Positions 24,707 to 36,981 of a DNA stretch of 64,000 nt are shown in pieces. The number at the start of each line of letters is the position of its first letter. Positions within the stretch are counted from its first letter, which is position 1. Made by a program: the position numbers and the translations under genes. Below the pieces are notes generated by a model. The model ran no database searches. It saw nothing but the letters and a program-made list of their open reading frames with translations, and was not told where the DNA came from. Origin of the DNA: Sphyrna mokarran (taxonomy: Eukaryota); the NCBI GenBank assembly GCA_024679065.1, contig JAGIQG010000016.1, forward strand, positions 39,804,001 to 39,868,000. The letters run 5' to 3'.

Positions 24707-25192
24707 GATGTGGAGGTGCCGGTGTTTGGCTGGAGTGGGCATAGTAAGAAATCTCACAGCACCAAGTTAAAGTCCAACGGATTTATTTGGAATCATGAGC
24801 TTTCAGAGTGCTGCTCCTTCATCAGACATGGCACCTGCTGTCAAGCTGGTGTACAAAGTAGTTGAGGAGTATGAGAGAAGTGTGATGGCAGAGTCTCTCA
24901 GCATATTCTATATTGTAGGTCGACTTGAGTGGGTTCATGGTCTATAGTCCTTTTGGGATCTTGTCTGCTTTCTTGCATCTTTGTAAAAGCTTGATGTCTG
25001 TGTCGATATGCACAATCTTCTTGGAGATCCTCTCTACTCTAAGCCAATGATTTGTAGTGTCGATGGTAACCATGATGTAGAGATGGATTGGGGTGGGCAC
25101 ACTCACTTTTTGGAGGAGCAGCTCTCCGAAAGCTTGTGATTTCAAATAAGCCTGTTGGACTTTAACCTGGTGTTGTGAGACTACTTACTGTG
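24707..25192 (-). mobile_element. Short Penelope-like element: pLTR pieces + ORF N-terminus
   Basis: Minus-strand MVTIDTTNHWLRVERISKK..IKLLQRCKKADKIPKGL (PLE N-terminal C..IPKGL motif) starts right after the pLTR end CTACATC. A hammerhead-bearing pLTR lies at 24707-24826 (-) and an inverted pLTR piece at ~25100-25192 (+). Confidence 0.8.
24793..24830 (-). ncRNA. Minimal type I hammerhead ribozyme motif (PLE pLTR)
   Basis: Minus strand: CUGAUGA-A-GGAG(CAGCA)CUCU-GAAA-GC-UC^AUGA. The conserved core is complete, with the palindromic AGCU stem III typical of PLE minimal hammerheads. Stem I pairing is weak. Confidence 0.7.
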
Positions 25193-26039
25193 ACTTCTCT
25201 GAATAATGAATCCTAGACGATGGTTTTGATTCAAAATGAAAGATGACCTCAGATTAACGATATTGCGTGGGATTGAAGACTGATACAATTGTATTTGAAC
25301 CTGTCTCATTAGGCTGTAATACTCGTTGCAAAGTCCCTGCTGCATTTTTTTAGAACTCAAGTTTACTTTGTGACCTCTCTGTTTTAAATAATTATATGGC
25401 CTTTATTGAAATTCACTTGTTTGATGTTTCCTTCAAAAATTACCCCAATGTTGTTTTAATGGAATAGAGAAGTTTAATGTTGTAAGCCTAAATGTGTTCA
25501 GGTGCCATGCAGAAGGTCTTCTGTTTAATCTATTATATATGTTTAACCTGCTAAAAAAGGATTAAAGACTAGGACATTTTGATTCATGACTCAGAGTTAA
25601 ATGGAAGTTCTGACCCAAGCCTCTGAACATCTATATATCTGTGTCAGAGACTAAACATCCCAATAACATCATTCAGGTTTTATTTGACTAATGGATAAAT
25701 TGCAAAGTGGTATATCTTTATAGCATTCTAAAAATCCATTTGGGGTTGTCTCCAGCCTTATATGTTTATTCACCTTTGGATTTTCTGTATCATGTGTGAT
25801 GATGAAACCAATTAGAGGGTATGCTTTCCTCCCATGTCTAACTGTCTTGTCATTGGGATATGACTGACAGCAACAAGGGCCACACTGCTTGACATGCCTG
25901 CTGTGGGATGAAAATGATGTTTGCCTCTGAGAACAGATCAGGAACTAGGGAGAGTAACCCATTACACCCATTACATCTCCAAGTCCATGGGTGATGATTA
26001 TATTATGTTCTTTTACATAGTGAGACCAGATAATAGTGT

Positions 26040-26700
26040 TTCATATGACTGATCACTTGCATTCTGTTCCATCTCCTCCCCTCTGTTATCCAGCACTATA
26101 GCATCCTCTTTACCTGCCTTAATGCAGTCTATGTCTCAACCATAGGCCTCTCCTCCCCCCTCTGCACACTCACTGCAAATCCCCAAGGATCTATCCTCAA
26201 CTTTTTCTTTTTGCTAATCATGCTGTCTCTCAGTTTCAGGCAAAGGATCAGCAACCACATATATGCTGCTGTCACCTTTAGCTTTGCAGCAGTCCCTTCA
26301 ACTGTGTAATTACGCTGCGCTGTCAACGTGCATGGAGGATGTTAAAAAGTGGGTGATTCCTGGAATCTTGTAGCCATGATGTTGTCCCCAGTTTATCTAC
26401 TACATTGTGCCCATGCAATGGCATTCTGACGTGACTTACCTGAATCCTGGTCCTCTTCAGATTCAACCCTTTCAATCGCTTGGGGTCCATGCTCCTTTCT
26501 GGCCAGTTACTGAGGCTGAACCAGACAACTTTGACATCCTTTTTGATCCAGGGCTGAGCTTCAAACTTTATCCTATCAATCACTAAGAATCTCAATTCCA
26601 TACCACAGTTGGATCTCTGCCCTAGCTCACCAGTGCTAAAACCCTTATCAACACTTCTGTCACGTCTGCATGGTCCTCTGTTCACAAGTTTCAACTTATC
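26040..26700 (+). mobile_element. L2-clade LINE RT fragment, highly degraded
   Basis: PQGSIL at ~26182 and a H.YA.. (YADD-equivalent) remnant at ~26257. Confidence 0.55.
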
Positions 26701-26834
26701 TAAGATACAGTTGTTTGTACTCTGTTCTGTAATTAGTTACTGCAGACACGTCATCCTCTTCTTGTTGGATCCTCTAGTGTATTGAATTTAACTTTCCAAT
26801 CTGAATTTTTATTTACATTCATGGCTTCTGGTGC

Positions 26835-27055
26835 ACAATCAGACCGGATAGACTACAGCCCAGGGTTCTAAAAGACATAGCTGAGGAAATTGTGGAGGTA
26901 TTGATAGTGATCTTTGAGGAATCACTGGAGGCGGAGAGGATACCACAGGACTGGGATGTAGCTAATATAATACCACTTTTAAGAAGGGAAGGAGGCAGCA
27001 GATGGGAAATTGTAGACCAATTAGCCTGACTTCAGTCATTGGCAAGATTTTAGAG
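26835..27055 (+). mobile_element. CR1 ORF2 internal fragment
   Basis: PDRLQPRVLKDIAEEIVEVLIVIFEESLE..IPQDW.VANI.PL..RPISLTSVIGKILE. Confidence 0.8.
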
Positions 27056-27772
27056 TAAAGAAGTCTCACAATACTAAGTTAAAGTCCAACAGGTTTATTT
27101 GGTAGCAAAAGCCACTAGCTTTTAGATAGCTGGCTGCCACTTCATCAGGTGAGTGGGAGTTCTATTCACAAATAGGGCATATAAAGGTACAAACTCAATT
27201 TACAGTATGATGATTGGAATGCGAATCTTTACAGCTAATCAAATCTTGAAGGTACAGACAATATGAGTGGAGAGAGTGTTAAGCACAGGTTAAAGAGATG
27301 TGTATTGTTTCCAGAACATCAGTTAGTGAGATTTCGCAAGTTCAGGCAAGTTGTGGGGGTTACAGATAGTGTGACATGAACCCAAGGTTCAGGCCATCCT
27401 CATATGTGCGGAACTTGGCTATCAGTCTCTGTTCAGTGACTCTGCGCTGTCGTATGTCGTGTCATCTCATGTGAGAACACCGTCCACCAGGTACACGGTA
27501 CATACACTTGCAACACGGCCAATGTTGTCTACTTGACGCGCTGCAGGAAAGGGTGTCCCGAGGCATAGTACATTGGGGAGACCATACAGATGCTATGACA
27601 ATGGATGAATGAACACCACTTGACAATCACAGGCAAGACTGTTCTCTTCCTGTTGGGGAACACTTCAGCAGTTACGGGCATTCAGCCTCTAATCTTCAGG
27701 TAAACGTTCTCCAAGGCAGTCTTCACGACACAAGACAGCACACAGTCGTTGAGTAGAGATTAATAGCCAAGT
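27055..27772. mobile_element. Penelope-like element with inverted pLTR and GIY-YIG endonuclease remnant
   Basis: 27055-~27460 is a minus-strand pLTR/ORF end with a decayed hammerhead (CTCAC-CTGATGA..). ~27470-27772 on + translates HGTYTCNTANVVYLTRCRKGCPEA*YIGETIQML*QWMNEH..VGEHF. Confidence 0.85.
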
Positions 27773-28439
27773 CCCTGGTGCTGTGAGGTAGCAGTGCTAA
27801 CCACTGAGCTACCCCTTGATGATTGTAATGGTAATATGCAATGGGATGACAGAGTAAAGCATGCTGGAGCCATACTGAAACTCTTGCATCTTGGCATTAA
27901 ATCTGCAGATTGCTGTGTGCCAGAAGATCGACATCAGGCTGCCAGGAGCATCTAATATAAATTTACTGCGAGAGGAAAAGTGCAAAAGTTTGCTGATCTG
28001 AACAAAATTGTGCTGTATTCCATTGTTGAATGGCCCATGGACAAGGTATGGAGAGTTGCTGATACCTGTGGAATTGGATATGGAGGAATACTCAGCAACA
28101 TTAGAATAACTTGAAGCTAAACTCCAGAAATATCATGTGGGAATAGAAAAGTTATTCTGCAGAGCATAAGAACAGTGGTTAGTACACACTCAAAAGTAAT
28201 TTATTTTAGTTCCATCGCTCGTTAGTTACACATTTGGCAATAATTTACAAAAATATCTGAAAATATTCAGTTATGTTTCACTTCCAATACCTAAAGGATT
28301 ATTGTCAGTAAGTCATTATTTTAGATAAAAACAATCTTGCAAACCATTGCTTATAAAACTTAAAAAAAATCTTTTGTATCCTCTGGTTCTGAATCTGTTG
28401 ATTTTTTCCAGACTGGGTCCAAGCCTGAATTCCCTAACA

Positions 28440-28745
28440 GGGTGGCACGACAGCACAGTGCTTAGCACTGCCACCTCACAGCGCCAGGGACCTGGATTCG
28501 ATTCTTGGCATGGGTCACTGCCTGAGTGGAATTTGCGCGTTCTCCCTATGTCTGCGTGGGTTTCCTATGGGGGCTCTGGTTTCCTCCCTCAGTCCAAAGA
28601 TATGCTGGCTTGATGCATTGGTCATGCTAAATTCTCCCTCAGTGTTCCCGAACAAGCGCCGGAATATGCCAACTACAGAATTTTCACTGTAACTTCACTA
28701 TCGTGTTAATGTAAGCCTATTTGTGATACTAATAAATAAACTTGA
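28440..28745 (+). mobile_element. HE1-like V-SINE
   Basis: tRNA head, GATTCGATTCTT B box, V-domain, same tail type as 4847-5140. Confidence 0.85.
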
Positions 28746-30911
28746 AACCTTTCCTATGGTGAGAATATCCGGTCCCGCTGCAGGGAATGGAGATTTGACT
28801 GATTGCCAAATTCTCCATCTCACTACCATGCAACATCGGAGGATTCCCAAGTGCTCAAATCACATCTACCCTGAGCCAGTGATTTCAGGCAGATCATTAC
28901 AATTTTGCAACCATTACTGCAAAATCCAATCTTATCCTTGCCCCATATCTGGTGTGTATTTCAGCAGGGGTTAGTAATTTAAGTTTCCTTTCCCTTATCA
29001 ATAGTGGCAGCAGCGAATTGGACTACTTCTAGCACAACTTGCAAACCTCTATGAAGAAGACCTCTGAAAATGCTAAAATGTGAGAGGGGTAAGAAATAGT
29101 TATTAGCGAGTAGGAAGAGGAAGAGGACAAGCAGATGAAATGATCAAGCAGCAGATGCAGATAAAGCCAAGTGATCCCTCAATCAACTAATTACATCAGA
29201 GCTCAGCAGTCTTGGCCCATGAGTTGTGAGTGGTGGAGGACAGCTCGATAACTAATGGGAGGATGTGACTCCATGGACACATCCACCATCAATGATGATG
29301 GTACTGTGTGTGTGAAAAAACAAGGGTGAAGAGTTTACAATCATCTTTAGCCTGGTTAATCCATTTACTTTTGAAGACCTCACCATCATAACCATTGTCC
29401 TTCAACCAATTTGATTGGTAGAAGTGAGAAGACGGAGACCTTGGATGAATTTGAAAATAAGGCCAGTAATTTTGCATTCAATCTATTGTGATATGAAGAT
29501 TTTGTGCGTGGCACAGCTCAACAAACTTATGGATTTACATCAATATGGCATGGGGTTTAGTGCATGCAAGGCAAGTTTCAATTCCACATAGTCAACCAGA
29601 ATGTTGAACAACTGTTGCGATTCCATGAAAATATTGCACTCGGGCTAATCCTCCTTAGGCCGGACATGCACATCTTACAACAACAAGCACTAGAGATGTA
29701 GGAATATTAGAGACTATTTGACTGTGATATTATTAGGAAGATATCACATGAGGCTGGATGATTCAGTGTCACCCACTCTCTGCAGTCCAAGGAGATTAGG
29801 AAGCAAAAGACAAACTAGACAGAATGACAGGACTGGATTTTGTAGACCCGTAGATGGAGCCATGGAATGGCTGTCTGCAATGAGTTACCTTACATGGGCC
29901 ACTTACTAATTGCTGATGGTGCGAAGCCAGACTAGCAAGACAAAGGATACATAGCAGATGGCCACTCCTGAGGACAAATATACCCTGCAGTATTTCTTCA
30001 ACGTGACAAATCATCTATCAGAGTTATTCCTATAAATACTGAACAGACTGCATCCCTGCACCAACTTCTCCCCCAGGACGCTGGCAAGAGAACTACAACA
30101 GTGCATTCAACACACACAAGGAACCTGCTTTCAGCCTATCCTGTGTCATAATACTTTGATATCTGAACACCTGTAGTGTTATCAACAGGTGTATCTCAGT
30201 GCGAACTTGGAGCAGTGTGTATCCAGAATGGCAGACCAGTGGCTTTTGCATTGAGAGACCTCACTGATACTGAAACTCGCTATGCAAACATCTCACTCTT
30301 GTTTTTGCATATCAGAAACTTCAAGGTTTAATTTAAGGCCTGCCCACCACTGAGGCTAACCACCATCCTCTAAACACCCCTCCAGTCACCACATCACAGA
30401 AAATGAGGCTCCACGGTACAATCTCAGTGCAATCTATAAGTGTAATAAGGAACTATACTTAGCAGATCCCTTTTAAGAGACCACCTACCCACACTGACCA
30501 AGCTGAGCACAAGGAGGGTGGTGACTGTATGGCAATCTGAGTGCTGTCATCACAGAAAACTGAAGAACTCAAAGCTGTCCTACAAATGGAGTATACATGC
30601 AAGCAACTCCACAACATCATCATGTTGGGCTGGCCTCATTCGCAAAAGAACTTTCACATGAGCCCTGCACTTTTTATGCCACGAGGAAGAAGTTACCAGT
30701 GCAAGATGGACTGACATTGCTTGTCTAGATGTTTGTAATCCCTCTGCAGAAACACTACATCCAGCAGCCCCACCAAGGACATCTGGGGTTCGAACCGACA
30801 AAGCGAAGGGAAAAATAAACTATGTATTGGCCATCAATGTATGGTGACATAGAGAGAAAGGTGTCCAGATATGCAGCATGCAATATACTCAAGCCCCACC
30901 AAACCAAAGAA

Positions 30912-31226
30912 CTGGGTGGCACAGTGGTTAGTACTGCTGCCTCACAGCGCCAGGGACCTGGGTTCGATTTCTGGCTTGGGTCACTGAATGTGTGGAGTTT
31001 GCACATTCTTCCCATAACTGTGTGGGTTTCCTTTGGGTACTCCGGTTTCCTCCCACAGTCCAAAGACGTGCAGGTTAGGATGGATTGGCAATGTTAAATT
31101 GTCACTTATTGTCAGGGGAATAGCCAGGGTAAATGCATGGGTTATGGGGCTGGGACATGGGTGAGATTGCGGTCAGTGCCGATTCAATAGGCCAACTAGC
31201 TTCCTTTTGCACTGTATGATTCTATG
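30912..31226 (+). mobile_element. HE1 V-SINE inserted in Gypsy integrase
   Basis: Full head, V-domain and tail. The Gypsy reading KE|PLL resumes after it, and GAAC is present on both flanks. Confidence 0.9.
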
Positions 31227-31499
31227 AACCACTGCTTTTTCATGAGATTCCAGAAGTTCCATGATCACTCATTGCAACAGGTGTAATTGACACGAATGGG
31301 AAACAGAATCTGCTCCTTTTTGATTCATTCTCAGGGTGGTTTGAAGCAGATTACTTACCTAACATGAAGACCACCACTGTAATCCAGAACCTGGAGGGAA
31401 CTTAGCCATGTATGGCACTCAATAATGACTAATAATGGACAATGCCAGGTAGTTGTATGCAGGGAATCCGAGGAACATTGTAAGGAGCAAGGAATCCCA

Positions 31500-31997
31500 G
31501 GAAGCATCATGGAAAGCATTCTTTCTGGTTATATCACAGCTTGCTTTGGCTCCTGTTCTGTCCAAGACCGCAAGAAACAACAAAAGGTCTTGAATGTGGT
31601 CCAATCCATCACGCAAACCTGCCTCCCATCCATTGACTTGTCTATACGTCCCTTTGCCTTGGCAAAGCAGCTGCATAATTAAGGGCTCCATACAACTCAG
31701 ATATTCTCTCTTCCACCTTCTTCCATCAGGGAAAAGATACAAAAGTCTGAGGTCATGTATCAATCAACTCAAAAACAGCTTCTTCCCTGCTATTGTTAAA
31801 CTTTTGAATGGACTTACTTTGCATTAAGTTGATCTTTCTCTACACCCTAGCTATGGCTGTAACACTACATTTTGCACTCTCTTATTTCCTTCTATATGAA
31901 AAGTATTCTTTGTCTGTATAGTGCGCAAGAAACAACACTTTTCACTGTATGTTAATACATGTGCTAATAATAAATCAAATCAAATCAAATCAAATCA
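31500..31997 (+). mobile_element. Rex1/Babar LINE 3' fragment
   Basis: ESILSGYITACFGSCSVQDRKK..LPSID, LFHLLPSGKRYKS..LKNSFFPAIVKLLN, and an (AAATC)n tail. Confidence 0.85.
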
Positions 31998-32914
31998 AGG
32001 ACTTTGAACACACATGGGACTTTGAGCATGTTACAAGCAACCCTTTTATCCACAATTGAATGGCTTGACGGAGCTTGCAGAAAGTTCAGCAAAGCACCTC
32101 CTCAGTAAATGCCTCTGCAACAATTCGGACTGGAAGGTCTGCCTCACCAGTACAGAGATTGTTCTCCCAGCTGCTCCAGGACTATTATGCCTGTTGCCAA
32201 ATCCCTGCTGCAGCCAAAAGCGGAAATGAATAAAGACAAAGAGGGAAGAGCTACTGCGATCACAAAGCCCGTGAACCCCAGACTCTGGAGCTGGGCCAGA
32301 CAGTCAGAATACAAATTCTGAGGGGTTATGACAAATTTACTGTTGTGTGCAGCCATGGTGCCCAACCCAACAGCTATTTGGTTACCGCAGAGAGCGCCAT
32401 ATACTTCAAAAACCGGTGTCATCTGCTTCAGGTACCTGAACTAGCCCCACTAACTACCACAGAAGCTGACACACTGAGTCTGCAGTATGTGCCTCCCCAC
32501 ACCAGCTGAGACGGAGACCCTTCCTGTGACCAGTGTAACAAACCTGCTACCACCATGCATACACCAGGCTTGCCTGGCATCATCCACCATGTGGACAACA
32601 ACCCAGCTGCCTCCCAGAGCAAATTAACCTGTGTGACTACATGCTTGGGCAGGCTGAGCAATGCAAACATCTGAACAGAGCAAACATATATACATATATG
32701 TGCTGCTTCTGAAAATGGAGCTACAGGATACATCTGTGCTAGTTCTAACTCATTTTCATGTCCTGGTGCACTGCAAGTTCTCCATTGTTTTTTATTGTCA
32801 TTTTTTTGTACTATTCTGTTTTTCATGCAATTACAGATCATTCTATCTAAATGGGGAAAATGTAGAATGTGTATTAATTTACAAATTGCCAAATGCATTG
32901 GTATTAGTAGGTTA

Positions 32915-33112
32915 AAAGCATAAAGCCGCTATAGTACCAGATGACCTTAGGCTGGCGGTGATTTAACCTGAGGATCACCAAACCTCAAGTGAATGTTTGA
33001 GAACACAGGACCTTCACAAATAATCTCAGGACTGAAGCAGGAATTGAACCCACTCTGTTGTCAGCACTCTGTATCACAAGCCAGACATCCAGCAATTGAG
33101 CTAACTGACCTC
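32915..33112 (-). mobile_element. tRNA-derived SINE (non-V family)
   Basis: Minus strand has A box TAGCTCAATTG and B box GGTTCAATTCC; the body differs from HE1. Confidence 0.6.
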
Positions 33113-33729
33113 CTACTGGTACTGATGTGGGAAATGGGGAGGGTGCTGGAAGTCATTCCAATATGGCTACAGGCATGATATGTAAGAGCAGTAGAGTATT
33201 TCAGCAATAAACTGTTTAAACTACTCATTGTGTCCTCATTCCCATAGAACCACACAATATTACAATTTCAAATTGGTTAGAAGAGAAGGGGAAAAAATGC
33301 AAGACATGTCTTCCTGAGTGGGCTGGGAGTTGCCAGCGTGAAACTTTTGCTTACTCCTTTCCTTTAAAACTAATATCTAATTTAATAACACAATATAATG
33401 TAATATCCAACACACATGTTCAAAATGTCTCACACCATCAGTGTCCATTCTGATCCCACCTCAAGTGCAATAAGTAAAGCCATATCAGCCATATCCCAGT
33501 TTTGTGCTTGGTCAGATCCGGGATGAATATAGAGAGCAACAAGTCAGTTTCTACATCTTTTTATGATTTGTATAAGGTCTTATGAGATAATATTTGGATC
33601 AAATACTTCATTAGTAATAATGCATATTCACATTGTTAAATATTAGCACCACTGGTTACATCATTTTCCCCTCAATTTTGAAACAAGATGAATTAAATTC
33701 TCAAAGCAAGTTTTTAACAGAAAAAATAA

Positions 33730-33940
33730 TGGATGGAATTCTCAGGCCACTCACGCTAGTGGATTCTCTGTTCCTGCTGACAGCGCATCCCAGTCTATGG
33801 GTTTCCCACCAGTGTGTGACGACATCAGTAAGAATTCCCATTGACAGCTATGGGACCAGGGAATCCCACTGCCCGCAAACAATGCATCACCTCCTGCCGG
33901 CGGTAAACACGCGGCTGGGAGGCCCGTGAATCTGGCCCCT
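33730..33940. mobile_element. Small TIR element (MITE-like)
   Basis: Imperfect inverted termini GGATGGAATTCTCAGGCCACTC / GGGAGGCCCGTGAATCTGGCCC. Similar TIR-bounded GC-rich pieces occur at ~39258-39388 and ~61173-61295. Confidence 0.45.
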
Positions 33941-34724
33941 CATTTTGCAGTTACAGAGATTTCTGAAGCAGTCAAATAAAGTGAATAAATTATAATATTT
34001 ATGAGACAAGACATTTTATATTAAGTTACTTTTTCGCTCTGATATTAATGGGTGCTTTCTATAATTTTTGTGAATGGGAATATCTTCTTCAAAAACAAGG
34101 GCGTCCACAAAATGACAATGGACATCTCCATGCAACCATCTTCTGTCAGGCAAGATCTACCAGAGGCTGAGAAGACAACAGCTAGGAAGTTAGAGTGGTC
34201 ATTTACAATAGAGAAAGACAAACACATGTCGAACTGTTTCCAGCTGGGCCTCTCCATCGGATTCAAGGTATGAATAATTTTGGGAAACATTGCAGAATAG
34301 TTGGTAATCTTCAAAAGAATGATTAAGGAGTGTGCAGAAGTCACCATTAGAGAGAGAGGGAGAGAGGAACCGATAAAGAACGTTGGATTACTGAAGTTGA
34401 TTGATGAAAGAAAGATGCTGAAGAGTAAGAAGGGCCATGGAAAGACTATTGGCCAAAGAGCTGCAGGAGGGACAAATGAGAATGGATAGAGTTAAAGGCA
34501 TTAGAGGAAGCAAATAGGAACAATGTATAGGATTGTATGGGAATTGACGGGTGCAAGAAACAACACTCATTGTATCAATCAAAGGCAAGGATGTTTAGAT
34601 CTTATTAATGATGAGAAGCAGGGGGCAAGGCGAGGGGAACACTTTCAGGTGGTCCAAATACAGTTCCATTCCAGCTCCACATTTGGGTTTGATGACAGAA
34701 TTGCACCTCACCAGCTGGGCTAAA

Positions 34725-35178
34725 TTGTGATGGGCATTCAGCCTTTGATCTTCAGGTAAGCGTTCTCCAAGGCGGCCTTCACGACATACAATAATGCAGA
34801 ATTGCTGAGGAGAAACTGATAGCCAAGTTCTGCACACGTGAGGATTGTCTCAACCAGGATCTTGGGTTCATGTCATACTATCTGTAGTCTCCATGAATTG
34901 CCTGGGGCTTGCAAAATCTCACTAACTGTCCTGGCTGGAGACAATACACATCTCTTTAACCTGTGCTTAATCCTCTCTCCACTCACATTGTCTGTACCTT
35001 TAAGACTTGATTACCTGTAAAGACTCACATTCCAACCATTACCTTGTAAATTGAGCTTGTGTCTTTATATGCTCTGTTTGTGAACATGATTCCCACTCAC
35101 CTGAGCAGCACTCCGAAAGCTTGTGCTGCCAAATAAACCTGTTGGACTTTAACCTGGTGTTGTGACACTTCTTACTGG
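34725..35178 (+). mobile_element. Penelope-like element 3' end + pLTR
   Basis: GHSAFDLQVSVLQGGLHD..AEEKLIAKF..LNQDLGFMSYY matches the 27470-27772 family. The pLTR has an internally deleted hammerhead (CTCACCTGA--GCAGCACTCCGAAAGCTTGTG). Confidence 0.8.
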
Positions 35179-35559
35179 GCTAAGCTGTCGGGTCAGAGGA
35201 TCAAAGAGCTATCAGGAGTCTGAAGTACAGCAAGGCACCTGGGCTTGATGAGACATCAGCAGAGCTGTTGATTAATGACAAGAACATGGTCTCGGGACCT
35301 GTTCAATAATATTTGGACTGCGGAAGTTGTCTCAGATGACTGGGGGAAGCGAATGATTGTCAAGCTGCCAAAGAAAGTGGACTCCACTGACTGCAATAAT
35401 TGGAGAAACACAACACTGTTCTCAGCACCAGTCTTCAGCATGGTGCTTCTCAACACACTGAGAGCAGAAATAGACAATACATTTTGGGAAGAATAGGCAG
35501 CTTTCTGGGGTGACAGATCAAGCTGCAAACAAACATTTACACTCAGGAACGCAGCAGAG

Positions 35560-35910
35560 GAGTGACACAGTGGCACTGCTGCTTCACACCGCCAGGGACC
35601 CAGGTTCAATTCCAACTTTGGCTGACTGTCTGTGTGGAATTTGCACATTCTTCCTGCATCTGTGTAAGTTTCCTCCAGATGCTTCAGTTTCCTCCCACGG
35701 TCCAAAGATGTTAATTTGTTAGGTTAGGTTAATTGGCCACGCTAAATTGCCCTTTAGTGTCCCCAGATATGTTGATCAGAGGGATTGGAAGAGTAAATGT
35801 GTGGGGTTATGGGGCAAGCCTGGGTAAGAGTCGGTGCAGACTCAATTGGTCAAATAGCCTCCTTCTGCACTGTACTGTACTGTTCTGCACTGTAGGGATT
35901 CTATGATTCT
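35560..35910 (+). mobile_element. HE1 V-SINE
   Basis: B box GGTTCAATTCC, V-domain, tail CTGCACTGTAGGGATTCTATGATTCT. Confidence 0.85.
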
Positions 35911-36404
35911 TTAATAGAGCAGAACAGAGAGTATCATTAGCCACTTGATATCTATTTCATTGATTTCAAAAAAGACTTTTGATAGTATCCACCAGCAGTC
36001 ATTGGACATTGCAAGAGAGTACAGCAGCCTGCAGCATTAACATTTCAAAGCCTTATTCTGTGACTCTAGCTGCTGCATCAAGAAGAGCATCAACATCACG
36101 GACTCCTGCGACATCATTACAGACATACAGCAAGGCTGCTTATCCAACCCATTTCTTTTTCCCTTGGTTATTGATTTCATCACAACAAAGGTGATGGTGG
36201 GTGCAGATTTTGGCATCCTGCGGCAACACCAGCTTATGGACCTGGATTTTACATCATCTTGCTGGCTGAAGAACTGTATGTTCTTCAAGACATGACCATC
36301 TGTATATCAAGTAGCAGCATCAGGTTGGTTTACACATCAGTTGAGCAAAGACCAGGCAATGATGACTAGACAGCAGTAAGCCGATCAATCATCACTGGGC
36401 AACG

Positions 36405-36727
36405 TATCTGTGTGAAAGTGAGTGTGTGAGAGAGTGAGAGTGTGAGAGAGTGTGTGTGTATAAGAGTGTGGATGTGAGTGAGTGTGTATGAGAGTGTGTG
36501 TGGGATGAGTGTGTGTGAGGGTGAGTAGGTGGCCTGTCCTGAGTGGAACGCACAGAGGGAATCAACTTCAGCGGAACTGGAAGATTCCATCACGGTGTGT
36601 GAGAGAGTGAATAAGAATGTGTGCGCATGTGTGAGTATGTGTGAGAACATGTCTGCAAGGATTTGTGGGGAGAATGTGTGTATGAGTGAGAATGTGTATG
36701 TGTTTGTGAGTATGTGTGTGCATACAC

Positions 36728-36760
<33 letters not shown>

Positions 36761-36789
36761 CGTGTGCATACATGAGAGTGAGAACTCTG
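36405..36789. repeat. Degenerate (TG)n/(GA)n microsatellite region
   Basis: Visible dinucleotide runs leading into the gap. Confidence 0.85.
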
Positions 36790-36981
36790 NNNNNNNNNNN
36801 NNNNNNNNNNNNNNNNNNNNNNNNNNNNNNNNNNNNNNNNNNNNNNNNNNNNNNNNNNNNNNNNNNNNNNNNNNNNNNNNNNNNNNNNNNNNNNNNNNNN
36901 NNNNNNNNNNNNNNNNNNNNNNNNNNNNNNNNNNNNNNNNNNNNNNNNNNNNNNNNNNNNNNNNNNNNNNNNNNNNNNNNN
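36790..36981. other. Assembly gap (N run)
   Basis: Run of n characters. Confidence 1.

Larger units (their letters stand above)
29700..32300 (+). mobile_element. Ty3/Gypsy LTR retrotransposon pol remnant (interrupted)
   Basis: RNase H LGAVCIQNGRPVAFALRDLTDTETRYANI (~30207-30292) and ELYLAD. Integrase Zn finger HQGHLG...YWPSMYGDIE..ACN..KEP, core FDSFSGWFEA, and WDFEHVTSNP..PQLNGL after 31996. No LTRs recognised. Confidence 0.85.
34200..36390 (+). mobile_element. RTE-clade LINE remnant, split by a PLE and a SINE
   Basis: APGLDETSAELL, DLFNNIW..DDW..IVKLPKK.D.TDCNNWR.TTLFS (35236-35430), then IEQNREY..PL.IYFIDFKK.FDSIH after the SINE. Confidence 0.75.
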
